Assembly: GCA_964016885.1 (NCBI GenBank)
Contig: OZ024743.1
Coordinates: 216,194,001 to 216,258,000 of the forward strand
Reading direction: 5' to 3'
DNA: 64,000 bases
DNA from: Eledone cirrhosa
Lineage: Eukaryota
Shown here in pieces: positions 38,862 to 51,687 of the stretch. Below the pieces are notes generated by a model, which saw only the letters and a program-made list of their open reading frames with translations, made no database searches and had not been told where the DNA came from. Made by a program: the position numbers and the translations under genes. Every line of letters begins with the position of its first letter. Positions within the stretch are counted from its first letter, which is position 1.

Positions 38862-40516
38862 ACTATTTCCAAAAGATGATGAACAATTGCACGGACTATT
38901 ATCCACTGTGGAGCAGTTAAGTGATGACATTAAAATGGAGTTTGGAGTAGATAAATGCGCAAAGCAACGTTCATCAGAGGAAAGCTGCTGAAAAGTTCAG
39001 ACATTAATCTTGATCGAGGGAATGTGATAAGAGAACTTGATCGAGAGGAAACTTACAAATATCTACGTGTTTGTGAAGGAGACGGAATCAAGCACTCGAC
39101 AATGAGGGAAAGGATAAGGAAGGAATGTTACCGCAGAGTAGGAGCAATCTTAAGAACGGAATTGAATGCAAGGAATAGGATCGATGCCATAAACACGCTT
39201 GCCATACCAGTAGTAACCTACAGTTACAATGTCATCAACTGGTCAAGCACAGAGATCCGTAGGCTCGATAAAAAATTCGAACATTCTTAACCATGCACAG
39301 AATGCATCACCCTAAGGCAGATACAGATAGAATATATCTCCCTAGGAAAGAAGGAGGACGTGGGTTAATCCAGTTAGACATTGCGTTGAAACCTGCAACA
39401 ATTAGATTATCTAAGGGAATCACATGATTGGATGATCAAACTCGTTTTGAAACACGAAAATATCAAAAGATCATACTCCATTACAAAAGATGCACAAATA
39501 TACAGTAATGGACTACAAATTTCAGAAGTCCCATTTTCTGCTGAAATGGAAAACACAGAAAAAGCAAAGCAGGTAAAAGTAACTGCAAAGAAAGAACTGC
39601 TACAGAAACTGGCTAAGAAATGGCAAGAAAAGCCTCTGTATGGAAAATAACCAGAACCAGCTTACAACCACTGATGTTGACAAAACTTTAACCCATCAGT
39701 GGTTGGCATCCGCTGGACTGAAATCAGAGACTGAAGGTCTGATTATATCAGCACAAGATCAGTGTCTGCCAACAAAATATTACCAAGCCAACATAATAAA
39801 AAATGGATGCAGCCCATTATGCCGTGTATGTAAAAAACAACGAGAGACCATTGACCATATAATTTCAATGTGCAGTCCTATAGCTCCAATCGAATGACAG
39901 AGCTGCACAATACATATATTGGATAATGTGTAAACATTTTGACCTGCCCCATCAAAAGAATTGGTGGCAGCATCAACCACCTCCCATACTTGAAAAATAT
40001 CACATTTCAATCTTGTGGAACTTTAGCATCCAAACAGACCGAAAAATAGATGCAAATAGACCTGATATAATATTGAAGGACTTTAAAATGAGGGTATGCC
40101 TGCTAATTGATATGGCCGTTCCAATAGACAAGAATCTATCTGTAAAAACATTTGAAAAATTGGGCAAGTATAAGGACCTGGAGATAGAAATTAGAAAATG
40201 TGGAAATTGAGAACTAAAACAATACCAGTGGTTGTAGGCGCTTTGGGAATGATACCTAAGGGGTCTAATGATTACTTATCGCAAATCCCAGGAAACCCGC
40301 ATATAGGAGAAATACAAAAGATAGTACTAATGGGAACTGCCCATATATTAAGGAAGATTCTGTCAATATAAGTACATCACAAGTCAAAACACCTAAAGAT
40401 GCATGTGTGATTATGTATGTTCTTTCTGGACCATGGCGGACCTTGTTGTCTCTTGAGGTCACTGGTTGTGACTTGGTGATAACTCGTATGAACATAAAGC
40501 AAGATAAATGCAGCTG
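38862..40516 (+). mobile_element. R4/Dong family A 5'-truncated copy
   Basis: Starts just after the RT YMDD motif; contains knuckle and RLE; ends GCAGCTG-(TAA)n. Confidence 0.9.
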
Positions 40517-40529
40517 TAATAATAATAAC

Positions 40530-40740
40530 AGGCGCACTAGGTACTCTCCCAAAAAGTTTCCAGGGATGGTTAAAGAAAATTGGCCCCGCCCTGCTTTTTG
40601 GGACACTTCGAAAGGCATTCTTGCTGGGAACAGCAAGAACCCTCCGATACGTCCTGAATATATGAGACTGCAGGTAGTGGCTTGATATTCATTTCAACAA
40701 ACTTTCCAGTTAACTAACATCAATGACTGAGACTCAAAGA
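40530..40740 (+). mobile_element. R4/Dong family B 3' fragment
   Basis: Matches 25308-25519. Confidence 0.88.
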
Positions 40741-40760
40741 ATAATAATAATAATAATAAT

Positions 40761-43700
40761 GGTTTCTTTATTAACCACAAGGGTTTACATAAAGTAGACA
40801 TTAAGGAAAGTGCAGGACAATACAGGACGGTACAAATGGGCATTTCTACGTGTAAAAAACAAAAACAGAGGATGTAACTAAAAAATAACAATGAAAGATT
40901 CCCCAATAGTGGGGAGACTTCCGAGGGACATTTGTGGAGAAAGACCATTAAAAAGCCACAGTGACCCTGCCCTCTCCCAGTTTTCCACCTTTAACTTACA
41001 GACACATACTGAGAGTAGGCCCATTCACTCGGGACATTCTTGCCTCTGTCACCCATCTTTCAACAAAATGCTTGGGAGAGAGCACTTCCCTTTCTACCCT
41101 GATTTTCCTTTTCAAATGAAATTTGAAAAAGGTAATCAGGGCATCACCGAAGAGGTAAGTGCTTCGCTTCAGCCCTTTCAAACGTTTGCACTATACTATC
41201 TATTTCGCCATGGCCACCAGACAGATAAACACTTCCTGCCCTTCCCGGCTAAAGGAAGAGGGCGTGGCCATCCTCACGATGGAGTCAGCTGATAGCTGGA
41301 TCCGTCCTACACGCGACAGCAGGTGTTCGACATAAACCCACAAATCAGCAATGCTCGGACACTGGACGAGTGCGTGCAGGAAGGTTTCGTCGCCCTGCGC
41401 GCATCTCGGACATGCCCGGCTGACGGCACCTCCATGCCTGTAGAGTTTATCCCGAACTGGCAAAGCCCTTCGGTAGCACTGCCAGGCCAGGGATTATTGA
41501 ATGTTGTCCATAGGCCCCGGCCCGAAAGTTCTTCCGAAGAGATTGGCTAGTTGATTTTCGTCGACGTCTAGAGTTTCCCCAAGTACGTCGTCGCTCTTCC
41601 CCTTCACTGATTCTCTATAGAACGCCAAGTTGGAGTATCCACCGATCACATTGCCCGATTGGTCGATTTCTGTGAGCGCCTGAAGAAATTCCAGTCTTCA
41701 AGCGATCCCTCTCGGTCTTCGCTTGACCCAGGACTGCAGCTCCTTCAAGGAGACGAGCTGGGGAAATACGTGTCTAGCAAACGGCGACAACAACTGATCA
41801 CCGTCAAGGAAGAGGTGGAGATGTCGTAGCCTGAGCTCGTGTCTGCGCATCATCAGCCACAGCATTCCCAGCCCTCCACGTAGCGGGTGTTGACAGCAGA
41901 TTAACCGCCTGACCATCTGAGCGCGTCCCTTCCACGAAAAGCGAAAGAGCAAACGCTCCAGCGCAGTCAGGCAGGGCTTAGGACAAGGTACGACGGTCAG
42001 GCGGTAGTAGATGACGGACGCGATATACGCGTTAGCCATCTTCGCTCGACTTTTCAGGGGTAGCTTCCTCTCCGCCCATTTCTGGGTGAGAGAAGCCACC
42101 CTGCTCGTCACCTCGTCCCAGCTTTTGTCCGTCTGGAGGTCCGGACCGAACCAGACCCCGAGCAATTTAACCGCTCCGTCCGTCCAGCGCCCGACGACGC
42201 TGTTTGACGGCATAGACCTGCCTCTCTAGGTGCCGAGCTGCAGGCCCACTAACTTTACCTGGTTGATCATTGCTCCTCTCACCGCTTCGTATTCTCTTAG
42301 TGTAGTGCCGATCGCCTCGATGTGTTTTGCGTTCGACACCAGTACGGTGGCGTCGTCCGCATATGCTGACACGGATCTTTCGCATCCTAGTTCGCACGGG
42401 ACCCCCCTCAACGTCTCCAGTTTGTGCAGTAATGGCTCGAGAGTCAATACGTACAAGAGGGACGAGAGTGACATCCTGGGCGGAACGAGAGCATGATGTT
42501 GAACGGTTCCGAAAGGTGATCGTTCACTCTCACCACAGAGCAGATGTCGCTGTGCATGGCAGAGATCCAGCTCTGGAGACGGGCCCAAAGCCAGCCGCCC
42601 TTAGGACTGCCGCTATGTAGCGATGGTCGATCCTATCGAAAGCTTTCGAATGATCTAAATTGATCAAGGACCCACCCGTGCCAGGTTCCTTAGCTACCGT
42701 CTCTACCATGTATCGCATGAGGTGGAGGTTGTCGTGGATGTATCTGTCGAGAATGGCGCATGCCTGCGCCTCTTCCACCAGACCACCAACGACAAGAGCC
42801 AACCTCTTTGCTAGCACCTTGGCCAAAATCTTGAACTCTGTGTTTAGCAGAGTTATGGGCCTAAAATTATCTATGTTATCCCCCTTGTTCGGATCCTTTC
42901 TCAGCAGCGCCACAGCTCCACGGCTCACAGAGCTGGGAATTCTCCCGTTCTGTTTCCAGTTGCAGTAGACGTCCGCCAAGAGGCCTCCGAACAAGTCTGG
43001 CATATGTACGTAAAGTTAATAGGGCAGACCATCCAATCCGGGCGATTTACCCCTTGTGCAGCCAGTCATTGCCTCCCGTACTTCAGCGGCTGTTATCGGC
43101 TTTTCGCAACACTCCGGCTCAGTGGCCGAGTGCGGCGGCAGTCCGTCGAGGTAGACACTAAAATCCATCCCTCGATCCGGCCCGCCGCTGCCCCCTAACA
43201 GCTGTAAGAAGTGTCGCTGAAAAGCTTCACACATTTGTCCGGGATCGAGTAGCATGCACCCGTCGTGGTCCACCAAAGACCGGATCGTGGATTTGTTGCA
43301 ACGACGCGTGTCCGCCACTCGGGCTCATTGAACGGCTTTCGTCCCCTCGTGTCTGAGAGCACGCACCCTAGCTCTGACAACGCCGCCTTCGTGCTTTCAA
43401 TTGAAGAATTGTTCATGGGCCAATTTCGCCGCAAGTATGTCGGTAGCGATGCCTTTGCTGAGCGCCTCGTCTAATTTTCTAACTAATTCTCCCTCTGCTC
43501 TATTTTTCTCTATTGCTAAAGCCTTACTAAACCTAATGGACTCTATTATAATTGCTCTTTTCAGAGCAAACCACCACTTGCTATTGACGATGTCCCCCGT
43601 CAACGCCCGCTTAACTAGTTCGCTAACCCGGTCTCTGTAGGCCTTGCATGCTGGTAAGGACGCGTTTCGCTTCCAGTAGTCGGTCGTCTCATATGAAGCC

Positions 43701-46342
43701 TATCTAAGTCAAGCACACAGATCACGAATTTGTGGTCCGTGTAGCTGACTATCTTTAATTGTGGACAGCCTATCTATTTCCCTACAAAATACTCTATCTA
43801 GATATGATCTGGATGACCCTACGATATTAGTCCAAGTCCACATTGGCACATTCGGGAAATCCAATCGGTACCTGTCAGACAGTTCAAAACATCTGAGCAG
43901 GTTGGTGAGGCTCTTTCACGTTCCTCCCCTATCCGCTAATCCCACACAGTCCCAGCGTGCATCTAAGATCCCGTTCCAGTCGCCTACTAACACTAAAGAG
44001 CGGGACCTTGCAAGAAAGGTCTCCAGACGCCGGAAGAAATCAGGCCGCCCTGCTCCTGTCGGGGCATAGACGGCCACTAGCCTGAAAGCTTGCCCGTCTC
44101 TGCTGGTCACGTCTAGCACCACCAACTTACCTTCTGAGTCCAGGAAGATGGCCCGTATGGTGAGTCCAAACCTCTCCGAAAAAGCACAGCAACTCCACCC
44201 CCGATCACGGACGGCTGGGAGATGCGTAAACATCGTAGCCGCCGAGGATCGGTGCGAAAGCACGCGATTCGGAGATTCTGGTCTCGCTGATGGTCACTAC
44301 ATCTATGTTTAGTTACCTGAGGTCGTTGAGCAGGTGGCCCTGCTTCCATGACAACCGCAAGCCACGAGCATTTATGCTGCTTATTCTGAGTGAGGTCATG
44401 TTGAAATTGAGTGGAAAAGATGGGAAAGACCACTTATCTTACTTCTCGTAGAGGAAGTATGGTTTGTTGTTCAAATTTAATGCTGTGTAGTGTGTATCAT
44501 TTTGGTTGTTTTGTTGTTTTGTTTGCGTTTGTTGTGGGTTTGTTTCTGTTTCGCTTTTTGGTGAATTTTGTGGTGTTGGTGACGGTGGCGTTGGGGTTAA
44601 TGATGGTGATGGTGTTTGTGTTTGTGGTATTGGGGTTGGTAATGCTGGTGTGGATGGTGGCATATCTGTCCTAACTTTTTGTTTGATGGTTTATTTGTTT
44701 CCCGCTGTATTTTGTTTTTGGAAGGGGAAGGAAGAGAATTTTTCTCTTTTTTGGTTTCTACTTTTTCTTTTTTCCTGATACCGCTTCCCACTCCTCGTCG
44801 TCACAATCTGTCTCCAGTTGCGATAAGCAGGGGAGTGGAAAATCCTCCACAGGCGTTGGTTTTGGTTGTGGCGTGCTGGATGGTGTAGGCGCTGGTGCTA
44901 GTTCTGGCGCGCTGGGCGGTGGTGGTGTTGGTTTTGCTACTGTTGCTGCGGTTGTTGCTGTTACAGTTGCTTCTGTTGTTGCTGCTACAGTTGTTGCTGC
45001 CATATCTACTGCTGGTGGTGTTGATGGTTGAGTCACTGTGGTGGGTAAGAGAGGTGGCCTCAACCTTTTAGCCTGAGGGCAGAAAGCCCTTAGGTTGGTT
45101 CCTTCACCACAAACGACACACCTATGCCTTCTGCCCTCGACGATTACGGTGAGGTGGCTACAGTCAGTGAGGTCTATTACCTCTGGGATCTCCTCAATGC
45201 ATTTATGGTCCGCTTGGATCAGATCCGGAACAGTTCTCCTGCTTTTCTTTTGTTATTTCGATTATTTTTGTGTTGGCCTCGATGTCGGCGAGGACGGCAG
45301 CCATTAGCCAGGGAATTTCGATGGCCGGTTAAACGTGGGTCACCCTAATCTTCACGAGTCTCTGGCCACAATAGTTTGGGACGAGTGTGAAGTCGTCACT
45401 TCTTAATGGGGCCATGGAGTGTTCTCTGGCCTCCTGTGGTGTTTCAAAGAACACGTCCACGGTTCCATATTTCTGCCTACGTCGGATGTGGTTTGTTTGC
45501 CCACACATGTCCCAAAGCTTTTTGGATTTGGGACTCGGATGCCCGTTCCACTCGGCGCGATTTTATGTTAATTGTCCGATAAGACACGGTGCATAGGCGA
45601 CGATGCTCCATTTTATTAGGTGTGTGTGTGGGGGGGGGATGAAACTGTACCCATCTTTCTTTGCCATTCTGTTGGCTTCTTCTAATTCTTCCTGAGTTAC
45701 CTGGATCGCCCGCACGTTTTTGCTACTCTGGCAAAACTCAGGGTGGTTTTCTTAATTGCATTGTTGCTGTTGTTGTTATCGTTATTTTTGTTATTATTAA
45801 TTTTAGTTTCAGTTGTGGTGGTGGTGGCCTCAGTGGTGTTCGGTGTGGAAGAGTTTATTTTGGTTGAATTCATTTCGTTATTTACGAGTTAATTTATTTT
45901 TTCTTTTGTTTCTGTTGTCGCTGTGGTGGTGGTGGGGGTAGCGGCTATAACACCTGCGTCATTGGTAATGTCGGGAAATGTATGTCTGCCTGAGACAAAT
46001 TAAAAAAATTGCTACTGCTTATATTTTTTAGTGTTGTCAAACGTAGTAATATTTACAATGGTGGTGTCGGTGTGAGGGGTTAGTTTGTGAGGAAGGCTCT
46101 CAGCTGCTTGGTGCAGCTGTGAGTCGGCCATGATTTTTTCAAAGAAATGTTTTGAAAATTATAACATTTTAAATGTTGGGCACAAGGCCCCAATCCTTTT
46201 GACTGTCCTTTTAAGAAAACAATGTATGTGCACTTATATACAGTTAACAATAAAACACTTTTCATAAATGGCAATTTTAAACAACTGAAAATAACAAATC
46301 TTTGCGGAGTTCACGATAATACGATTTACTACGTAGGTCGCC
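40761..46342 (-). mobile_element. Tx1 family X copy 3, both termini present, internal deletion at the ORF1 end
   Basis: ORF2 44399 to 40996 in pieces; ~240 bp deletion at ~44460 relative to copies 1 and 2; same 5' end as copy 2. Confidence 0.92.
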
Positions 46343-46369
46343 AATAATAATAATAATAGTAATAATAAT

Positions 46370-46554
46370 TGTTTCTACTTTTAGCACAAGGCCAGCAATT
46401 ACCCAGTGCCTTACTGGTACTTTATTTTATCGACCCCGTAAGGATGAAAGGCAAAGTCAACCTCGGCGGGATTTGAACTCAGATCGTAAAGGGACGTAAC
46501 TATGCTGGAAAGCATGGTGTCCGAGCCTCTACCGATACTACCAATCCACCGCCC
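46370..46554 (-). mobile_element. tRNA-derived SINE embedded in (AAT)n
   Basis: Minus strand: TGGTAGTATCGG, GAGTTCAAATCC and GACTTTGCCTTTCATCCTTACGGGGTCGATAAAATAAAGTACC (resembles the Nin/Deu-type SINE core from memory; unverified). Confidence 0.87.
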
Positions 46555-46574
46555 TCAATAATAGTAATAATAAT

Positions 46575-48828
46575 GATTTCATTTATTGGCCACAAGGGCC
46601 GACATATAGGGGACAATACAAAAGACTGGGACAGTGGGGTTTTACAGAAAAATCGAGTAAACAATATGAATATCAATAACAAAGTAACAATGACAAAGTA
46701 ACAATAAAGTAACAAGAAAATTACGAGAAAAAATTCCCCAATAGGGGGGATGACCACCTAGGGTTCGCTCAGGTACCCTACCAGTCCTGAACGACACGAC
46801 GCTTCGAGAGCACCCTGGAAGGGCACCCCTCTCCTCTTCAAATGTACCGACTTACATCCGCATGACCAGAGTAGGCCCACTCACACGGGCCATTCTCGCC
46901 ACATTCGCCCACCTTTCAGCAAATGTACTGGGGGCAGCACTTCTCTCTGCACCCTCACCCTCCTTACCAAGTGAAACTTGAAAAAGTTGATGAGAGATTG
47001 GCCGAAGAGAAAAGTGTCTGTCTTCAGTCCTTTCAACCTCGTCCACCATACAACCTCTTTCGCTACTGCCACCAGACAGAGGAAAATTGCCTGCCCTTCC
47101 TGGTTAAAAGAAAGCGACAGTTCGATCTTCACTATGGACTCGGTCGATAGCCGGATCTGTTCTACACGCGACAACAGCTGTTCAACATAACTCCACAAGT
47201 CAGTAATGCACGGACACTGGACGAGTGGGTGCAGAACGGTTTCGTCGCTCTGCGCGCATCTCGGTCAGGTCCGTCTGACAGCACTTCCGTGCCTGTAGAG
47301 TTTATCTCGAACCGGCAGTGCCCCCGGTAGCACTGCCAAGCGAGTGACTTTTGGAAATTATCCATCGTCCCCGGCTCGAAACTCTTCCGGTACAGACTGG
47401 TTAGTTCGACTTCGTTGACTCCCAGAGCCTCTCCGAGTGCATCGTCGCACTTGACCACCACTAATCCTCTATAGAACTCGAGAGTGGAAGTTCCACTGAC
47501 CACATTGCCCGCCTGGTAGAGGGCAGTGAGTGCCTGGCAACGTTCCAGATGCCAGTCACCCAGTCTCGGTCTCTTCGTGACCCAGGACTGCAACTCAGTC
47601 AAAGAAACGAGCTGCGGAAAGGCCCGTCTGACAAATGGCGACCACACCTGTTCATCGTTTAGGCAGAATATCTGGAGATGCTGCAGCCTCAGCGCGTGCC
47701 TGCGCATCATTAATCACGGCATGCCCAGCCCTCCACGTAGAGGGTGCTGGCAGCAGATGGACTGCCACACCAGCGGAACCTGACCCCTCCACAAGAATTT
47801 GAAGAGGAGCCGCTCCAAGATTGCGAGGCGTGAACGGGGGCAAGAGACGACAATCAGACGGTAGTAGATGACGGACGCGATGTACCCGTTCGCTATCTCC
47901 GCCCGACCTTTCAGTGATAGCTCCATCCCAGCCCATTTCTGGGTGAGACTGACTACCCTGCCAGTCACCTTGTCCCAATTCTTATCCACCTGGAGGTCTG
48001 GCCTGAACTAAACCCCTAGCAACTTTACCGGTCCGTCCGTCCAGTGCCTATAGGCGCTGTTGGACGGCATGGACTTGCCTCTCCAGGTGCTGAGTTGCAA
48101 GCCCACTGACTTTTCCGGGTTAAGTTTGGCTCCCGTCAACCTTTCATATTCCTCCAATAAGTTGTCGACCACCTCGATTTCTGAGGTGTCCGACACCATC
48201 ACGGTGATGTCGTCCGCATAAGCCGACACAGCTTTTCCGCGTCCCGGTTCGAGCGGGATTACCTGCAACAGCTCCAGCTTCCGCAGTAAAGGCTCAAGAG
48301 TCAATACGTACAGAAGGGAGGAGAGAGGGCACTCTTGACTGACCGATCGGGAGACCCGAAACGGTTCTGAGAGGTGGCCATTAATTTAGACCATCGAGCA
48401 GGTGCCGCTGTGCAGTGGAGCGATCCAGCTTCTGAAGATGGAGCCGAAGCCAGCCGCCTTGAGGACAGCCTCCAGGTTCCGATGGTCGACCCTATCGAAT
48501 GCTTTCGATTGATCTAAATTGTTCAGAGCCCCACCGAAGCCAGGTTTTCATCCTACCCTCTCTATGATGTATCGCATTAGGTGGAGATTAACGTGTATGG
48601 ACCTGGTTGGGATTGCGCAAGTTTGCGTCTCCCCAACCAAATCCCCGACGACAAGCGCCAAACTCTTCGCTAACACCCTGGCCAAATTCTTAAACTCTGT
48701 GTTGATCAGAATTATGGCCCTGAAATTGTCTAATGTGTCCCTCTTGTTCACGTCTTTCCTTATCAGCCTCATAACGCCCCAGCTCACAGAACTTGGAATA
48801 CTCCCGTTTTGCTGCCAGTTGCAAACTT
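46575..48828 (-). mobile_element. Tx1-clade family Z, 5'-truncated
   Basis: RT (NFRAIILINTEFK, SAYADD) through C-terminus; distinct 3'UTR; truncated at ~48828 before the APE. Confidence 0.9.
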
Positions 48829-49043
48829 GACTGTCACCACATATTATGAACGTGAAGATTGCGAAAGCATGAAAGTACTTGTTCAATTAACACTTAGAAT
48901 TTAATATTCTATCATACTATTTCATTATAATAGCATTATAAATTTTAAAGGATTGTAATTAAAACGAGTAAATCAGACAAAGTTGGAATTCCTCTTATTA
49001 ATATAATCTTCTATACACAATCATACACACCCGTGTATTATAT

Positions 49044-49204
<161 letters not shown>

Positions 49205-49337
49205 ACACCGGCCAGTGTTACCTCCCTTGACATGCTGCAACATCAAAACAGGCTAATTTTGCGAGCAATGAAGCTTGACGTGGATTTAACCTCAAATTCT
49301 CTTTCCGAGCAATGTAAGGAACACTTTTGATTATTTA

Positions 49338-49378
49338 TGCCCTTGAGAAGCCCAACTGGGCAAAACGTACGAAGGTGC
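49338..49378 (+). ncRNA. Degenerate hammerhead-like motif in a short island between (TA)n tracts
   Basis: CTTGAGAA-GCCCA AC TGGGC-AAAA-CGTACG-AAGG: stem II and palindromic stem III present, core and cleavage site non-canonical. Confidence 0.35.
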
Positions 49379-49432
49379 TGTTTTAAATAAAGATGTTTTA
49401 ACGGTCTATTCTCCGATTTCTTACATTCCCAC

Positions 49433-49523
<91 letters not shown>

Positions 49524-49613
49524 TATGTATATATATATGTATATATATATATGTGTGTGTGTATGTATATATATATATATATATATAAATATATATATAT
49601 GTATATATATTTA

Positions 49614-49664
<51 letters not shown>
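49433..49664. repeat. (TA)n-rich microsatellite
   Basis: Direct read. Confidence 0.95.
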
Positions 49665-49798
49665 GTAGATAAATCTACCAAGAGTTTACGGTAGTGTCCA
49701 ATCCGTATGAAGAACTCAATGTATTCCGGATATCATGGAAAGAAGAGATGTAATGAAAAATCACTTTCGGTGAAAGATAAACGGTATACAGAGTCAAG

Positions 49799-50648
49799 AT
49801 AAAATATTAAACAAATAATGAATAAACAATGAGACAGTTCCTTATATTAAACAAAAAAAGTTCATTATTTAACGATCGTTTCTAGGATATATATGTGTTA
49901 GAATTGGCATGCATATTCAACAGATCTATGTACAAAATTATACAAAATTATACAAACTATCAAGATTAAATATACATACCAACACGTATATACGCCGTCT
50001 TCAGAAATAATGAAGTATATTTATTGATAATAACAACAATTCAAAATTTCAGGTCCGTTTGGGAACAAAATTGACCAATGAAAACACAAAAGGTTAAATG
50101 CAGTTCGGTGTGTGTATATACATGTAAAACCCTTACACATATTTTACAAAAATGTATGTATAATTTGTATACGCATACTAAAAGGATGGATGCAAATACA
50201 ACATTTCAAGGTTAATGTCTCTGTAAGTTTATAATGCACAGATAAGATGCGTATAGACACACAAATATGAAATTAAGTATATAAATATATTTTTTCATAC
50301 TCACACATATCCGTACAATCACACATACACGCGCGTATATGCATAAATATACACATAACCACGAACATACAAACACACACACACCCCCACTCACATTTAT
50401 ATATGTGGATATAAAATCATAAGCACATGGATATTAATTCACTCACATAAACACTGGCACACACATTTAGATCAAGATACAGAAATTAGGTGGGAGGGGG
50501 GGGGGGAGAGGTCAGTATTCAACGGTCTGGGCAGACTGCTTAATATAGATGTATCTATAAACTAAGAAAATAAAAAATAATAAATAATAAATAAACATTA
50601 AAGAGGAAAGAATAGAAAGAAAAAAGAAAAAAGAAATATATCAAGAAA

Positions 50649-50729
<81 letters not shown>

Positions 50730-50877
50730 CACACACACACACACATACATATATATACACACATATACAAACACATACATACATATACACACATCCACAC
50801 TAAGAACATACATACACACACATATATAAACATATACATATACACACATACATACATATACACATATACATATAGAT

Positions 50878-50920
<43 letters not shown>

Positions 50921-51262
50921 TATGTATATACACATACATACACACATACATATACATATAATCACACATACTATATAGACACACATATATATAACCACAC
51001 ACATACACGCACATATACAACACTTACATACTTATATACATACAGATATACACATACATAGCTATATATACACACAAATATATACAGACTTACATACATA
51101 CATACAGACAAATACTTACGCATCTATATATCGGTATATACATACAAACACCACTACACTATCACACAACTTAGACATACAAAGAGAAAGGTATATACCT
51201 ATACACACATACATATACAAATAGAAAAACATATAGATATATATATATATATATACACACAC

Positions 51263-51295
<33 letters not shown>

Positions 51296-51514
51296 CATAC
51301 ATATACACATACACACACATACACATACATACACATACATACATGTACACACACATAGAAATATATACGCATACACACATACACACATACATATAAAGTC
51401 ATATACACACATACACCTACACGAACATACACATACACATATATAAAGATATATATACACACACACACACACACATACATACACACACATATATATAAAA
51501 AATAAATAATAAAG

Positions 51515-51583
<69 letters not shown>

Positions 51584-51685
51584 CACACACATACATACAC
51601 ACATTCATAGACATACATGTACATACATACACATACATAGATATACATACATATATATATACACACATAGACATATACATACATA
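49799..51685 (-). repeat. Left arm of ~1.9 kb inverted repeat
   Basis: Reverse complement of 55370-57263, including the unique segments (e.g. mirrored ORFs 50212-50394 and 56668-56850 translate identically). Confidence 0.95.
49861..50014 (-). ncRNA. Type I hammerhead ribozyme (left-arm copy)
   Basis: Reverse complement of 57048-57201. Confidence 0.78.
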
Positions 51686-51687
51686 AC

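Noticed and set aside
12864-46574. Target-site duplications for the array elements
   Set aside because: Cannot be delimited because both flanks are (AAT)n.
14068-48830. Plus-strand ORFs antisense to the Tx1 elements (e.g. 23732-24226, 34384-34929)
   Set aside because: Shadow frames of GC-rich or low-complexity coding sequence on the opposite strand.
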